From: Ruditapes philippinarum
Lineage: Eukaryota
DNA: 62,594 bases
Assembly: GCF_026571515.1 (NCBI RefSeq)
Contig: NW_026863092.1
Coordinates: 124,001-186,594 of the forward strand
Direction of reading: 5' to 3'
The notes beneath the pieces are model-generated. The model searched no databases. It saw nothing but the letters and a program-made list of their open reading frames with translations, and had not been told where the DNA came from. The translations under genes and the position numbers were made by a program. How positions within the stretch are numbered: the first letter of the stretch is position 1; each line of letters begins with the position of its first letter. Shown piece after piece: positions 25,101 through 37,321 of the stretch.

Positions 25101-27915
25101 TTGGTCGCTATGTACTCGTCCAAAAGGATTCAATATTGTACATGTACTTAACAACATATAATAACCTCATTATATATTGTTAAGTACTACACTGTACTGT
25201 ATAATAACTTCTTATTTCATGCTTTCCAGTGTTTTATTGTAATATATCAGATGATTATATTCTGATAAACCACTAGTGAAATTTATAAAATATAATTTTC
25301 ACTGTAGCCGGACTATATCTGAATGCGGATGAACAGAAAATCATAAATAAATGGAATAACAGGCAGAAATAAATGCCGTTGTACGTAAATTTTGCTTCTT
25401 TAGGAAAAGAAAGTCAATGTCATCATACATCATGTTAGAAATTTAACAAAATTAGAGAAATTTAACGGAACTAGATTTCAAAACTGATGATGTGACGTCA
25501 TGATATAATGACGTCACAAAGGAGAATGCGCGACGTTACGCGGCAAAATCAGTAAAAAATTACTTAAAATCACTTAAAAAGCATAAAATAAAAAGAAAAT
25601 TTATTTGTTTTACATATAAGATTGAAATATATTTCATTCGTGAACACCAGCTATTATATTTTCACTCGTGGCTACGCCACTCGTGAAAATATTGCATCTG
25701 GTGTTCACTCAGTGAAATTATATTTCAATCTTACATACAAAACAAACAAATATCCTCTATATAATATTCTGTACTGTAAAATAACTTCATAATAATATCA
25801 GTTGGTTCCTTATAGGTAGGCTCTTGTTGCATTTTATTAACTGTGTTCAAAAGCACCTGTTGTAAGTTTACCGAAGATTGATAGATTTATTATCGTCGAC
25901 AGATATTGGTACAACTACTGCCTTCGACCTGATATGTTGGCTGTGTTTATTGCGATAGATGAGTGTACCCAGGAAAATGGTGGTCTTGTGGTAACTTCAT
26001 TTATGTGTCATTTAAGGGGAGCGATGGCCTAGTGGTTAAGGTGTCTGCCTCTCAACCCAGAGATCATAGATCCCAACTCTACTCGGGTCACGACCATGTT
26101 TCTACATTTGCAATTTGCAAGAACTTGTTTCGCAATCGAGCTTAAATGAATCTGTTTAAGTAATTTATATATAAGTAATTTAACTCATTCTTTTTCATTC
26201 ATAACGGGTAGAATTATCAAAGAAAAGTTTTATTTAATACTTTATTTTATCATTTTTATTGTGCAAAAGAGCGCGAAATAATTGCATTTTAAAAGATCGA
26301 ATATAATATTGATTTCATTTTAGGTTTTAAGAGGAACACATAAATGTGGAAGAGTTGATCACGGTAAAACTGGTGGGCAGCAAGGAGCTGACATTGAACG
26401 GGTTGAACTTTTAAAGAAGCAGTATGAACTTGTAAATGTAGACCTACAACCAGGTTCGTTCTAGATCAACATCCTTAACATATTCATGCTTTCATTGAAA
26501 CTGATAGTGAATTTTGAATAATTTACCATTACCTTTAAAAGAATCGAAAAAGTATGGTGCAGCTGAAAGTCATCAAGAACAAACAACTCGCGAGACACTC
26601 TAATACAAATTTAGTTTGAGTTGTTTCCCTTAGATGCGACACAAAAAGAACACTCAAGATGTTTGTTTGTTATCGTAAAATTGCATTATTTAACAAAACG
26701 TGCGATACATTTTATAGACTGTTTTTTTAATTGTTAAAACTTTATTTTCATTGGAATTACCGAAATTGGCTAATAAGTCGGTACATTTTTGTGTCCATCT
26801 AAGGTATATGTTTGTTATTTCATCTTTATGTGTCGTGGTAAAATCGTTTTCTTGATATCCATATATTACTCGTTCAGAAATTATTTTATTATAACATCAA
26901 TGGTTGATGTTGATGCTGCTTTTCAGGCGATGTTGTGTTCTTTCACTGCAACTTGCTTCACTGTAGTGGACCAAACAACAGTGAGAAAAGACGGCTAGCT
27001 ATAAACGTATCATACAATGAGAAAAGTAACAGTCCTGTGAAACCTGACATTTGTCCAAAATACACCAAGTTGGAGAAGGTAAACACAGTTACATGGCCAA
27101 TTTAGAACAAAATCTAAAAAGCTAAGCGTATCCTGTAATGCTTAACGTGCTTATGAACAAATTTTACTTTTTTTAAATTTGGTAACTTATTTCGCATGCC
27201 AAGTCGACTTCTTGTAACTTATTGCTATGATTCTGCTTTTTTGTATATAATAATTATATTGATGCTTTGTCAATGGTTCTTCTAAGGGCTTTAGTACAAA
27301 TAAAAGTCCTTCTTTTTCTTCATGCTTATTTTTTTTACCTCTTTGTAAACTTATTGATATTGATAGTTTATATATCTAAGATTTCACTGTTTACAAGATT
27401 TATACATGTGATTAACTTTACATATTGGACCTCATGGTTTGCATAATGGACTTCATGGTGTAAACATGTATCTACATTGTTCACATATTGGAGTCATTTA
27501 CATGTTACAAATAGGAATACCCGTTTAGTATTAATGTTTTCTTATTACAATGGCATTATTTTAGTATCAAATCCGATATTTTTGTAATATATATACATTA
27601 TTTAGGCTTGGCTCAAGTTGGCTGGGTTACAGAAATATCATAATAGTATCTAAATTATTACAATAGGTGTAAAAAATTTACGTATATCTCTTTATTTTCT
27701 CCCAGAAAAGTACTTCTACCCGTAAATGATAGACTTAAGTTCAAATTACAGAATTAACTGTACATTAATAACATTAATTATTCCAGGTATCGGACACAGC
27801 TATTTTGGAGTGTCAAAATTATACAGATTTCTCGGGGAAAAACTTCATAAAACGAGGCGAGGATAAACTTGTCGACTTCGCTGACCAGACCTCAAGTTAT
27901 GAGAAGAGCGGATAG
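16653..27915 (+). CDS. PhyH-family Fe(II)/2-oxoglutarate dioxygenase (L-proline trans-4-hydroxylase / ectoine dioxygenase-like), spliced, ~290 aa; first (ATG) exon not located
   Basis: Phase-compatible AG/GT exons: 16653-16740, 18490-18568, 20230-20340, 24507-24601, 25903-25990, 26324-26453, 26927-27078, 27787-27915 (TAG). Translation includes [52 protein letters not shown] (HxD), [47 protein letters not shown] (distal His and 2OG-binding Arg). Confidence 0.93.
16768..18043. mobile_element. Hairpin-ended element (family C) hosting the nested foldback MITE
   Basis: ~145 bp hairpin at 16768-16913, then TATTATAGCATAAA whose reverse complement ends at ~18043. Confidence 0.6.
17162..17466. mobile_element. 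Foldback MITE with 8-bp TSD (P or hAT superfamily-like)
   Basis: Near-perfect 305 bp palindrome CACAGACACTTGGGG...CCCCAAGTGTCTGTG flanked by AATTACTC at 17154-17161 and 17467-17474. Confidence 0.88.
18600..18683. repeat. (TA)n microsatellite (continues at 19060-19105)
   Basis: Direct reading. Confidence 0.97.
18727..18773 (-). ncRNA. Minimal type I hammerhead ribozyme (inverted copy)
   Basis: Reverse complement reads AATACACCCCTGATGAAGGCATAATACGCCGAAAGTACTTGGGTATT. Confidence 0.7.
18886..18933 (+). ncRNA. Minimal type I hammerhead ribozyme
   Basis: ACCC-CTGATGA-A-GGC(acaatac)GCC-GAA-AGTACT-T-GGGT: core boxes, 3-bp stem II, palindromic stem III, stem I ACCC/GGGT; predicted cleavage after 18925. 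Confidence 0.72.
20357..21747. mobile_element. Non-autonomous mariner-type element with TA TSD
   Basis: TA|CGAGGGCTGTTCAAAAAGTTCGTGGA ... TCCACGAACTTTTTGAACATACCTCG|TA; starts 16 nt after a PhyH-gene splice donor. Confidence 0.85.
23019..23631. mobile_element. piggyBac-like MITE, copy 1
   Basis: TTAG|CCTTTTCCC...GGGTAAAAGG|TTAA; a second copy lies at 44354-44945. Confidence 0.7.
25212..25761. mobile_element. Hairpin-ended element, family B copy 2 (opposite orientation)
   Basis: CACTCGTGGCTACGCCACTCGTG apex; ends ...AACAAATATCCTCTAT; TTATTTCATGCTTT / AAAGCATAAAATAA inverted pair. Confidence 0.65.
26016..26155 (+). mobile_element. tRNA-derived SINE head, internally deleted
   Basis: GGGGAGCGATGGCCTAGTGGTTAAGG A-box; degenerate B-box; no closed cloverleaf. 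Confidence 0.6.
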
Positions 27916-28187
27916 TTGCAACATTGACCGCAGCTTGTCTGAACGAGCCTATTTTTTAATGTCAACATTTTAAGTTGAAATTATCAAACTAGAACATTAA
28001 TTTTCTAGTGAAAATACAATAATATTGATGTATATACACATGTGACATTTACGTTGAAAATTGAAAATTTTGCGGACTTGGTGTGAATTAGCCTGTTTAT
28101 GTACGGTAGTGGTGAGTGCATAAGGACAATGTAACCATTCTAAAAGTGGTGTATTCAAATCAAGACATATCAAGTCTGCATATCATA

Positions 28188-28193
28188 AATAAA
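28188..28193 (+). promoter_or_regulatory. Candidate polyadenylation signal of the PhyH gene
   Basis: First AATAAA seen after the stop at 27915; ~25 nt from the Ldh_2 stop codon on the opposite strand. Confidence 0.45.
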
Positions 28194-28217
28194 AACACAG
28201 TTATAACATATTTCACT

Positions 28218-31200
28218 TCACTTCATTAAAGTCTTTAATACTTTCATTGGTTCAACGTTACATGATGCCGCTATCGAGTTCTGAAAATATGGAATTCAAA
28301 TATTATTCAAACAGCAGATTCTATTAGTTTTTATAGCAAATTTTACACTGAACAAGGCAAAACAACTACGATATGTCCGTCAAAGTTTGGCGTATTTCGC
28401 TACATTCTAGAGCAAGACATATCCTCGTGTACCCTTGCATTAGTTTTCAAATTATTATTTAACCATTTTAATTACGCTGTAACTAAGCCGACATCGTTAC
28501 GGATTTTATCATTTTATAAATTGCTTGGCCATTGAGATTATATTTTATGATTTTTTTAATTTAGTGACATTATGGCCGTCCAGATGCAATGGTCAGTACT
28601 CGAATTAAATTTACATGTTGCCATAATTGTGCTCAATTGATATTTTCAGATATCTTTCAGAAAGTTTCGACAGCGTGTAAAACAGAGTAGGGCGGTCTTT
28701 TTATAACTTAGGTACATATAATTTTAAATTTTTCATTATAAATTACTTGTCAATTACCATTATAACTGTCAATCTTTTGAAATGTATTACTAATAAAACT
28801 GAACTTGACAGCGAAAGAAAAATGAGCATAATATCACTTACATCTAAAAATTTGCTATTCTATCGCAATGTGAGTGTCGATTTCTATTATGTGTTTTCTT
28901 TAGGATTTCTACGACCGACATATAGGCCAATTAGTCGAAACAAACTACCAGCCAGTAGGTAGTTGGTTATTCCAATATCAAGCTACTGACAACCATCTTC
29001 CTACCAAATTGACGCTTATCCATTAGATTGTAAATATTTTGATTGGATAATGTGACCTTACATTGCTATCTAATAAACACTTAATTTACATTTTAACGAT
29101 GCAATGCATTAATTAAAAAAGAACAAAAAACAACAACAAAACATGGACACTTACAGCCTGTTTCATTTGTTCAGGATGATACAATATACCACCTTGTTTC
29201 TCACATTTCTCCATGTGTTTTCTTTCCGGATCTCCTGCTACCAACACCTCATTCTCTCCTTCAACCTGCACAGAAAGTAGCTCTTTCTTTGTGTTTATAA
29301 TATACTATACTCAATTGCAAAATAAAGTGTGCACTTGGTTACAAGTAAATTTTGTATATTTATTATTTATTTAAACATGACATTGGTATATTAAGTATCA
29401 CAATTAGAAGCACATCATTCAACCCGATTCCTTAGGTATTTCGTAACGTCAATTACATGCAGACTCGAACACAAAAGATAGTGATTAACTGTGTGGCAAT
29501 TAGGCATAAAAGTTATCAACTTTCATATCAATTTTTATTTTTATACCAAATTTGCCTATGTTCTGCCCAAGTAACTATTTCAAAGTCACCAAGTGCACAC
29601 TTTCTTTTGAAAGTAAATATTTATGCATGTGCATATCTAATATAAATATCATGTAAATTTCATTACATGTTCATTGATATACAGACACCAATTAATTGAT
29701 GTTTTTTAATTATTTAGTTATCTGAAAAATACACTTACTGGCTCTAAGGCTCTACAGTAGTTTAGAAGTTCACTCATTCGTTCCGAGAAACCATCTTCAA
29801 ATGCGTCTGGATTAATTGCTATAAAACATTGTCCCTGTTTGCGAAGAATATATGAGCCGCGTCACGGCAAAACAAACATGATGGGTTTGCGACCAGCATG
29901 GATTTAGACCAGCCTGTGTATCCGCGCAGTCTGATCAGGATCCATGCTGTTCGCTATCGGTTTCTATACTGGTTATAGAGTTTGTAAGCGAACAGCATGG
30001 ATCCTGATCTGACTGCGCGGATGCGCAGGCTGGTCTGGATCCATGCTGGTCGCCAACCCATTTTGTTGGTTTTGTCATGACGCGGCTCGTTTATATATTA
30101 TAATTATTATTTATACATTATAATAAAAGAAAACAATTATAATGATTTACAGTACTTATAAATATCATTCGACAAAGTTTACAAAATCAGGATTGTAAAT
30201 GGTTTAATTTTTACTATCAAAGCAATGTTAGCAAAATCGTAGGTACGAGTAAAAAATGGGTCATCGTACAAACGATGCTGCCAAGACCGAATCACGCTCT
30301 TGGAAAAATTGCATTTACTTAATGCCAATCAATCAATGGCGATAAATATATTGCAACATCTTTATAATGTACTTTGTTCATTTATTTTCCTATTCAACCT
30401 TGTTATTTAGATATGTGTTTACCGATATAAAGGATCTGACACAAATAATTTGGATTTTCAGGACGAGTTAATGACAATATTTTAAGCGACGCTACAAATA
30501 AACGATCTTTAAAACTTCAATGACGATTTTCGTATCAAACTCATGATAATCCTCTTTATCTACCAAAGCAATCTGTTTACAACTATATTTTTATTTGTAA
30601 ACAGACATTTACGTGGAAACAAATTAACTTTTATATATAATACATGTGTTATTTATTAAAGAATAACGTAATGGTTAATAATATTGCTTTAAAAACGTAA
30701 AATGTAAATGTAAGCCATGCCATAAAAGATTTTAAATTAAACTCACCAAGTTTGCCTCTTTATTAATCTGATCACTAACTGATATTATATGATGACCGTA
30801 GTTTGAGCCACTTAATATTCCACAGAATATCTCCACCATCATAGCCAGTCCATACCCTTTATAACCGGCTGTGAATATATTTTGAATAATTCATTTATAT
30901 GACATTATACGTGTATGCACTTTTTACCACATAACTCGGTTCATTAAAATGTCTTAGCTGTGTAATTTTAATAATTTTACAGAAAAACGTGTATTTGCCT
31001 TTAACATATCATTATAAAGCTAAATATATATCCTTGATGCTTATTCCGCCAAAATATGTTAAATGTATTTATCTTAATAAGAAGCTGATATTACCAAAGG
31101 AAAATACAGAATTTCATGACGAATGAATTATATATACTATTTATACTAATTATAACAAATATAATTATACAGTAATACCAAAATATCGTCTTATGTTCAT

Positions 31201-34200
31201 TTAAATGTCACATTTTGGTGTTTCATTATAAAAAGAAATCTCCAATGCCACACTAAAACTTAAAAACATTACAAATACATAATTAATAATGTAATATTAA
31301 TATTAAATAAGACCACCATGATTTTATTATGTCCGAAAACTTTCCAAGTTCTATTGTCCAATGTAGAAGCAAAGTATACATATCTTAATATCGATTAAAC
31401 AACATAATATACATGGCGACTTAAGCTTACACGTGCTTTCCACTCCTCCTAAAGGAAGCATCCCGTACACAAAGTTAGGGTCAGTTATATTTTGTCCATC
31501 TTTGTCCACAGCCCAGCCTTCCGGTATAGTCACACCTATACGCTTTGCATTTATCGCCTGTAAAAAGGTAGAGAATGATTATTACAAGAATAATTGAGCA
31601 AGCATAACTTATCTGTTTCAATCATTATTTTTTCATGTACATCGGTAAACCATGGTTTATAGCAGAAAACACAAAGTTGTTTTTGTTTGTTTTGTTTGAA
31701 TTTAAGTCACATCAACACTATAAATGTGCCATTAGGTGACGACGTTTAAGCTTTACTTTAGAAAGAAAGGCCTCAGATGCCTATTCATGCATTATGTCAG
31801 ACACGAATGGACATCCGAGGAGAACCACAGACTTTCCGGAAGCTAGCTAGATAGCTTTCTCGTATAAAATAATCCAATGTCCCTTACAGAATTCGATTTC
31901 AAAGCAGTGAGGAGCAGATGATATGAAGTTGATCACGTTAACCACTCGCCGAATCGTCATAATATGCTTTTTTGATCATTCATCATATTTATTATACCCA
32001 TCCGAACCTTAGACCGACACATGAATGAAAAATGATAATTGTACTAGAAAGAGCAAAGTTAAAAGATCTAAAACTATATCTTGAAAGTTTAGCTTTACTT
32101 TCCCATAAGCCACTGCGCTAGTAGCCATATCTAAAAGAAAGCTGTCACCATCTGTCCCCGGGGCTGCGACACATATTGGATTGGTACCAAGAACATTTTC
32201 CTTCCCTCTTGTCGGTGCCATTCCTGGTGACGTATTCGTTAAAGCTATACCCTGTAAATAAAGTTAGATCTATTAGGTTCATTAAACATTCCAATACCAA
32301 TCAATATTACAATAAGCAAATTGTATTCTCGGTTATAAAAACGTGCTATTTAAAAGACACCATAGCCTTATTTGTTTCAATCCCATGCTTGCTAAGTTTT
32401 TCTGGAAAGTTACACTGATGCATTTTGCTCATGTACACTGTTTCAAATGATATTTTTGCGGAATGTTACAGATACTTTTGATAATGATATTGTAGATAAC
32501 TTTGATGCTAAGTAAACTCTAACGAACAACCACAGTGCGTGTCGATTAGTTTTCGTGCTATATGTATAATTATATGAAAATAGGTAGGGATAAGTTATAC
32601 ATATTTGACAAAGGGTAGCAGTTAGGTAAACAATTACGATACTTATTGAAAGGCTATGATGAATTAATTAATTTTGAAGGTTTTATATATTTGAACAAAA
32701 GGTAAAAGTTGTGAAATATATTATTATGTAAAGAAAAAGGATTAAGGTGTATACATGTAATTAATATTAGTAAAAGGGTTGATGCTTTTAATGTACGAGT
32801 ATATTTGAAAAAGGAAGAACATGGTAATATTTCTTTTTTAAAAATGTGGTAAGGTGGTTTATACACGTATATGCTTGGAGGAAAATAATGAGGTAGGTAA
32901 ATGAGGTGAGTTGGATAATCCATATTTGACAAAGGCATGATGCGGATAATACTTATCTAAATTACTTACGATCATACCATGTTTAAGAGCTCGAAGACCA
33001 TACAATGCAGCCATGCCATAGTGATTTGAGCCTTAATATAGAAGAAAAATATATTACACAAAATTTTACAGTAATTGTAGAAAAAGAAATTTCGTTGTTT
33101 CTTAAACTTATGACGCTTTTAAAAGAGAATTTAATTAACGGAGAAATACAATCGAGACATGTCTTAGTTGGTATGTTATATATCTTTATAATAATTGATG
33201 GAACTCATTAATGTCCATACACAAATAGTTGTTGAAAAATGTAAAAACTCTTTTTTTATTATATATTTTATAAAGTTAGCGTGGAAATCAACTGCATAGT
33301 CTAAAGCCGCACTTAGGACTATGTGAATATAAGCATGAACATACAAATACATGTATAATTAAATGAACATTCTCTGTCCTTAATATACTGTTGCTACTTT
33401 GAACATTTTATGAGCATTTATTGTGGATATAACCTTGTTATAGTTACCTCTCACAGAAACAATCCCAACCCCTGCAGCCTTCGCCTTTTCCATTGCTAAA
33501 TCCATACAGAAATTTCCAACAACTGGACCTACACGGTAAAACAAATATAATCATCTGAAACCTTTGTCCTAAAGAATATGTACTTTATTGTGAATTGCAC
33601 TTATTCTTCGTTAAACTTTACATTTAATACCATCAAACGTGCTCTGCTGTCTATGTAAGAAAAATATAATAATAAAATTTTGACAAGAATTTGTCATCAG
33701 TATGACGGAATGGACTCAGTTTTGCATATGTTAATAGCGTGTCTATATTTTACCAAGTAATTTATGTCCATCCACTAACGCTGTCGCTGCTGTCTGTTTG
33801 ACTACTTCCGGTTTTCCACTTCTGGATATAATTCCTTTCCTGACACAGATTAGGTATCGCTCTGTAAACCAAAGACAATTCTTAGACTATAAAAAATTTG
33901 GAGATGATTCTTATTATCCAAATATATTCATCAAGAAAAACTACAGTGTGTTCGATTCTCTGATAATTGTCAGCCAGGATGCGTGAGCAGAAATGCTTAA
34001 TTCATAAATATGATTTCAACATTCATTCAACTTGTACTCTGAGGTAATAATAAAGCATAAAATAATTGTATAAAAAAGATCTGACCTAGATTTTTCAGGC
34101 CATGACTATAGTGACCTCGATAGTCCGCCGATACAACCATTTCAGCCAAACTGTCCGCATGATCTTCTGCTATTCCGACTGATTTACTACACCGCACGAC

Positions 34201-34251
34201 AAAATCGCGGAACTCTTCTACCGGTACTATATACCCAGTTACTGTCGTCAT
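28218..34251 (-). CDS. Ldh_2 family (type-2 malate/L-lactate dehydrogenase; YjmC/AllD/DpkA-like) NAD(P)-dependent oxidoreductase, 10 exons, 362 aa
   Basis: Minus-strand exons, all phase-compatible: 34251-34086, 33861-33754, 33528-33448, 33031-32970, 32251-32099, 31557-31431, 30868-30747, 29834-29739, 29265-29155, 28280-28218 (TGA); total 1089 nt. Family motifs ADYRGHYSHG, VDGHKLLGPVVG, GSNHYG, GTNPI, LDMATS, IPEGWAVD, LPLGG, GYKGYGL, NLGQCFIAINP, VAGDPE. Confidence 0.95.
29853..30089. mobile_element. Palindromic MITE family A, copy 2
   Basis: Same sequence family and fold as 16411-16633. Confidence 0.88.
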
Positions 34252-35239
34252 TGTTTCTTTTTTGTCATAAAAAATGTCTAAATACGATAAATCATTACAC
34301 CGTAACCTATATCATTAATGATCCACGTTGTCTGATAAGAATATACTATATAGCTAACACATGTATATAAATGTTGACACTTTGACGCTTTGACTATTTA
34401 AAGCTCTGAGATAAGAAAAGTACAAATTTGTTAATGAGTTTATGTTATTCATACACAGTTTTACATGCCGCTTGAAATGAAATTAGTATACGGTTGAACG
34501 ATAGTAAAGTTTCGTAGTAAACATTTAATTAAGCTATTTTTAACAAACATCATTTTGATCACTTCAGAAAATAGATAGTAATTTAAAATTACTAATTTTA
34601 TCGGATCAGTGGAATATTGTACTAATGATTGTCAAGCTTGCTTAATTTCTTACGATTATTCATTCATCAAGCAAGAATAATTTACAAGTATCTTAGGAGT
34701 TAAAACTCATATTAATCTCTTTCTTTACCGTTATTTGTGAACGAATTTGACAATGCAGTTTAAAAATGTGTTTACTTTGCGTAAATGACAAGGTACAAAA
34801 AGCCTAATAGTGTCTACTTTTAATTACATTCCAGACTGAAATGCTTAGCTTTACTGTTTTTAACAGGAGCAAACGTATCAACGTTAAACTCTTGCCATAC
34901 ATCATGTATAATAATAATTATGTTTCGTAAATCATCAGGTCTCAAACGCACTATAGACTATACTGTTTAATTATTTTAACCGATTTTTTCACGCGAGTCA
35001 CAAAATTGCAAACGTTTATTTACAAATGGATAGGCTCCATATTATAGACGTATTCTCTTAAGGTTATATTTCGACGGATAGGTGTCTACGTTCGCATGAA
35101 ATACACGCTTGGTATATCCATTGATAGATTCAACATAGCATGCTTACTCTCTTTTGTAAACATAATTCACATAGAAATTATCACGACGAATAGGAATGAA
35201 TACGATGAATGATTTTAACTCTACCATCAAGTTTAAGTT

Positions 35240-35815
35240 GTACTCAATGTCTAACCAGCTTCATACCCAAAAAGACATTAAAGCTCGAAATTTCACATAA
35301 AAGCACGCCATTGAATAATGAGACAAGAAAACGAATGTCGAGCTAAATGGTTTGAAGATTGTCTAGCCAGCTTCCCATCCCAGTTCGAGATTCGAAAATG
35401 AGACAAAACTTAATGTAGTAATGAATGTCAAACCAGCTTCACATCCTAGCACCACATTCAAAAAGAATCAGAAACAAATGTCGATTTAATTGAGTCGAGA
35501 CAGTTTCATATCTCGACATTCAAAAAAGGAGACAAAATTGAATGTCGAGATGAATGTTTTGCTGAATGTCTAGCAAGATTAACAACCCAATAGAGACACA
35601 CTGTCGAGCTTAACGACTGCTGAATGATGAGCCAGCTTCGCATAAAGTTCGACATTCGAAAATAAAAGAGACACAAACGAATGTCGAATGCATAGCCAGG
35701 TTCCCAATCTATCTGAACAGTGATTAATCGATTTTCGAATGTTGTGCTGAAAGTCGTGCTAGCTTCACATCTTATCTCGACATTGATAAATCGAATGTCA
35801 AGCTGAATGTTTTAT
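35240..35815. repeat. Degenerate tandem repeat array
   Basis: Recurring GAATGTCGAG, CCAGCTTC, GACATTC and GAGACAAAA motifs; absent at the paralogous position in unit 2. Confidence 0.7.
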
Positions 35816-36569
35816 GTCAATCTCTGTGCCAACTCCGTAGGCTTAAAAGTGATAAAAAGCCCAAAGTGAACTCACAACTAAACTTTATGATAAGAAAAAG
35901 GAAGTAAGAATTTTTTAATTTTTGGCAATTTAAAGTAAAAGGTATATATCCGTATAGTGTGTCCTATAGTTTTTATACATTCAATTTCATTTAAGACTAA
36001 AAACTAGCAAAACGTCCGTAAGATAAAATAACGTCTTACTAGAAATATTATTATTTTTGCTTCTATTTTAAAGACCCTGACTTATTGGTACATGTATAAT
36101 AAGTTTATGCATGTTTTAAATTCTAGAAGCTAGAAGTATATTTGAATCAATCTTATGTCCGCTTCATGAAACAAATGATGCAATCCCAGTAAATATTTGA
36201 TCCAATAATCCTTTTTATCAACAATTTAACTACACCCCTTAGGAAGTGAAAATGAGATTATTGTTCATCTGCAGCATATTTTGATGTAATATTGTTTCCG
36301 TATTTTATCCGCCTGATGTAATTAAGTTTTTTTGTTCTGGCTAGGTAATGCAAGGAATTTGTTGTTGATATCGCTTAAGGTCTTGAAGAAAAAGAAACCA
36401 ACAAAGTAGACTTTTTTCACCACCCACAATATGTTCTGACTATTGATGTATTATAACAGATGAAAGAAAAAAGAATGTATTGCTCCCGTCACAAACATCA
36501 CGAACTTAACAATAAAATCAACCCCGATAACACATTACAAACAGTATTTTAGTTTATTGTGAGTTTTGG

Positions 36570-36586
36570 TTTAAGGTAAGCGTTAT
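36570..36586 (+). other. Conserved splice donor of a probable 5'-UTR exon of the RING gene (paralog at ~48942-48958)
   Basis: TTGGTTTAAG|GTAAGCGTTATATG is identical in both units; a conserved TTTCCAG acceptor lies upstream of each first coding exon (~37563, ~49458). Confidence 0.55.
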
Positions 36587-36889
36587 ATGTATTATAATTT
36601 TAGTTTATTTTATTTATTTATTTTATTTATTTTTTCAATTGTTTTCAATTTAGTTACTTAAATAATAAAAACTCAAGTTTACTAATGCATCATTTCTTAT
36701 TGTGTACTCAATAATATTTACATTATAAACACTATTTTATATGCTTCTGTTTTAATGTAGACCTTCACTAATGGGTTCTATAATTGGGTGATAGCCTAAC
36801 CCTTCTCCTCACACTCGGCATTTTTGCCTCAAGTTCTGATATAACCACAATTGAAATTTTAAATATTTTGGGGGGCAATAGTAAACCAC

Positions 36890-37321
36890 CCTGTAGTCAA
36901 CCTGCAACAAGTGGAACAAGCTCTGCACAAAGAATGGCCAAAATTTAACCTCAAAGTCGATTTAAAGCCTGGTAGTTTGAGAAGGGTTGAGGCTGCCGTT
37001 CGGGCACGTGGCGGTTAAACACGTTATTCAAAATTTGGCTCTTAATGTCATTTAAGGTTACATAGTCGTCAACATTTACCAAAACTATCTACCAGTAAAT
37101 GTAAAATCACCATACTTATAAGCACTTACGTTTGCTCATGCTACATTAATTGATTAAGAATAAACTAAACTCATAAATTTACTGGTTTATGTTTACTAAA
37201 TTGGTATCGATACTTATCAAAATACTATTTCTTAGCTCAATTAAGTCGTCCATTCATGACAGTGCTTTCAATTACAACCAATTTTAAATTTCGATGTGTG
37301 CTTAACTTATTTCCAGGTGTA
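36890..37321 (+). mobile_element. Tc1-like transposon 3' fragment
   Basis: Transposase C-terminal remnant NLQQVEQALHKEW...RRVEAAVRARGG*TRY followed by a TIR-like end ...TTATTTCCAGGTG|TA. Confidence 0.65.

Noticed and set aside
26016-26095. tRNA gene
   Set aside because: A-box only; T-arm and acceptor stem do not close; better explained as a SINE head.
16653-27915. Bona fide ectD or bacterial contamination
   Set aside because: EctD signature absent, no ectABC, and the gene has spliceosomal introns.
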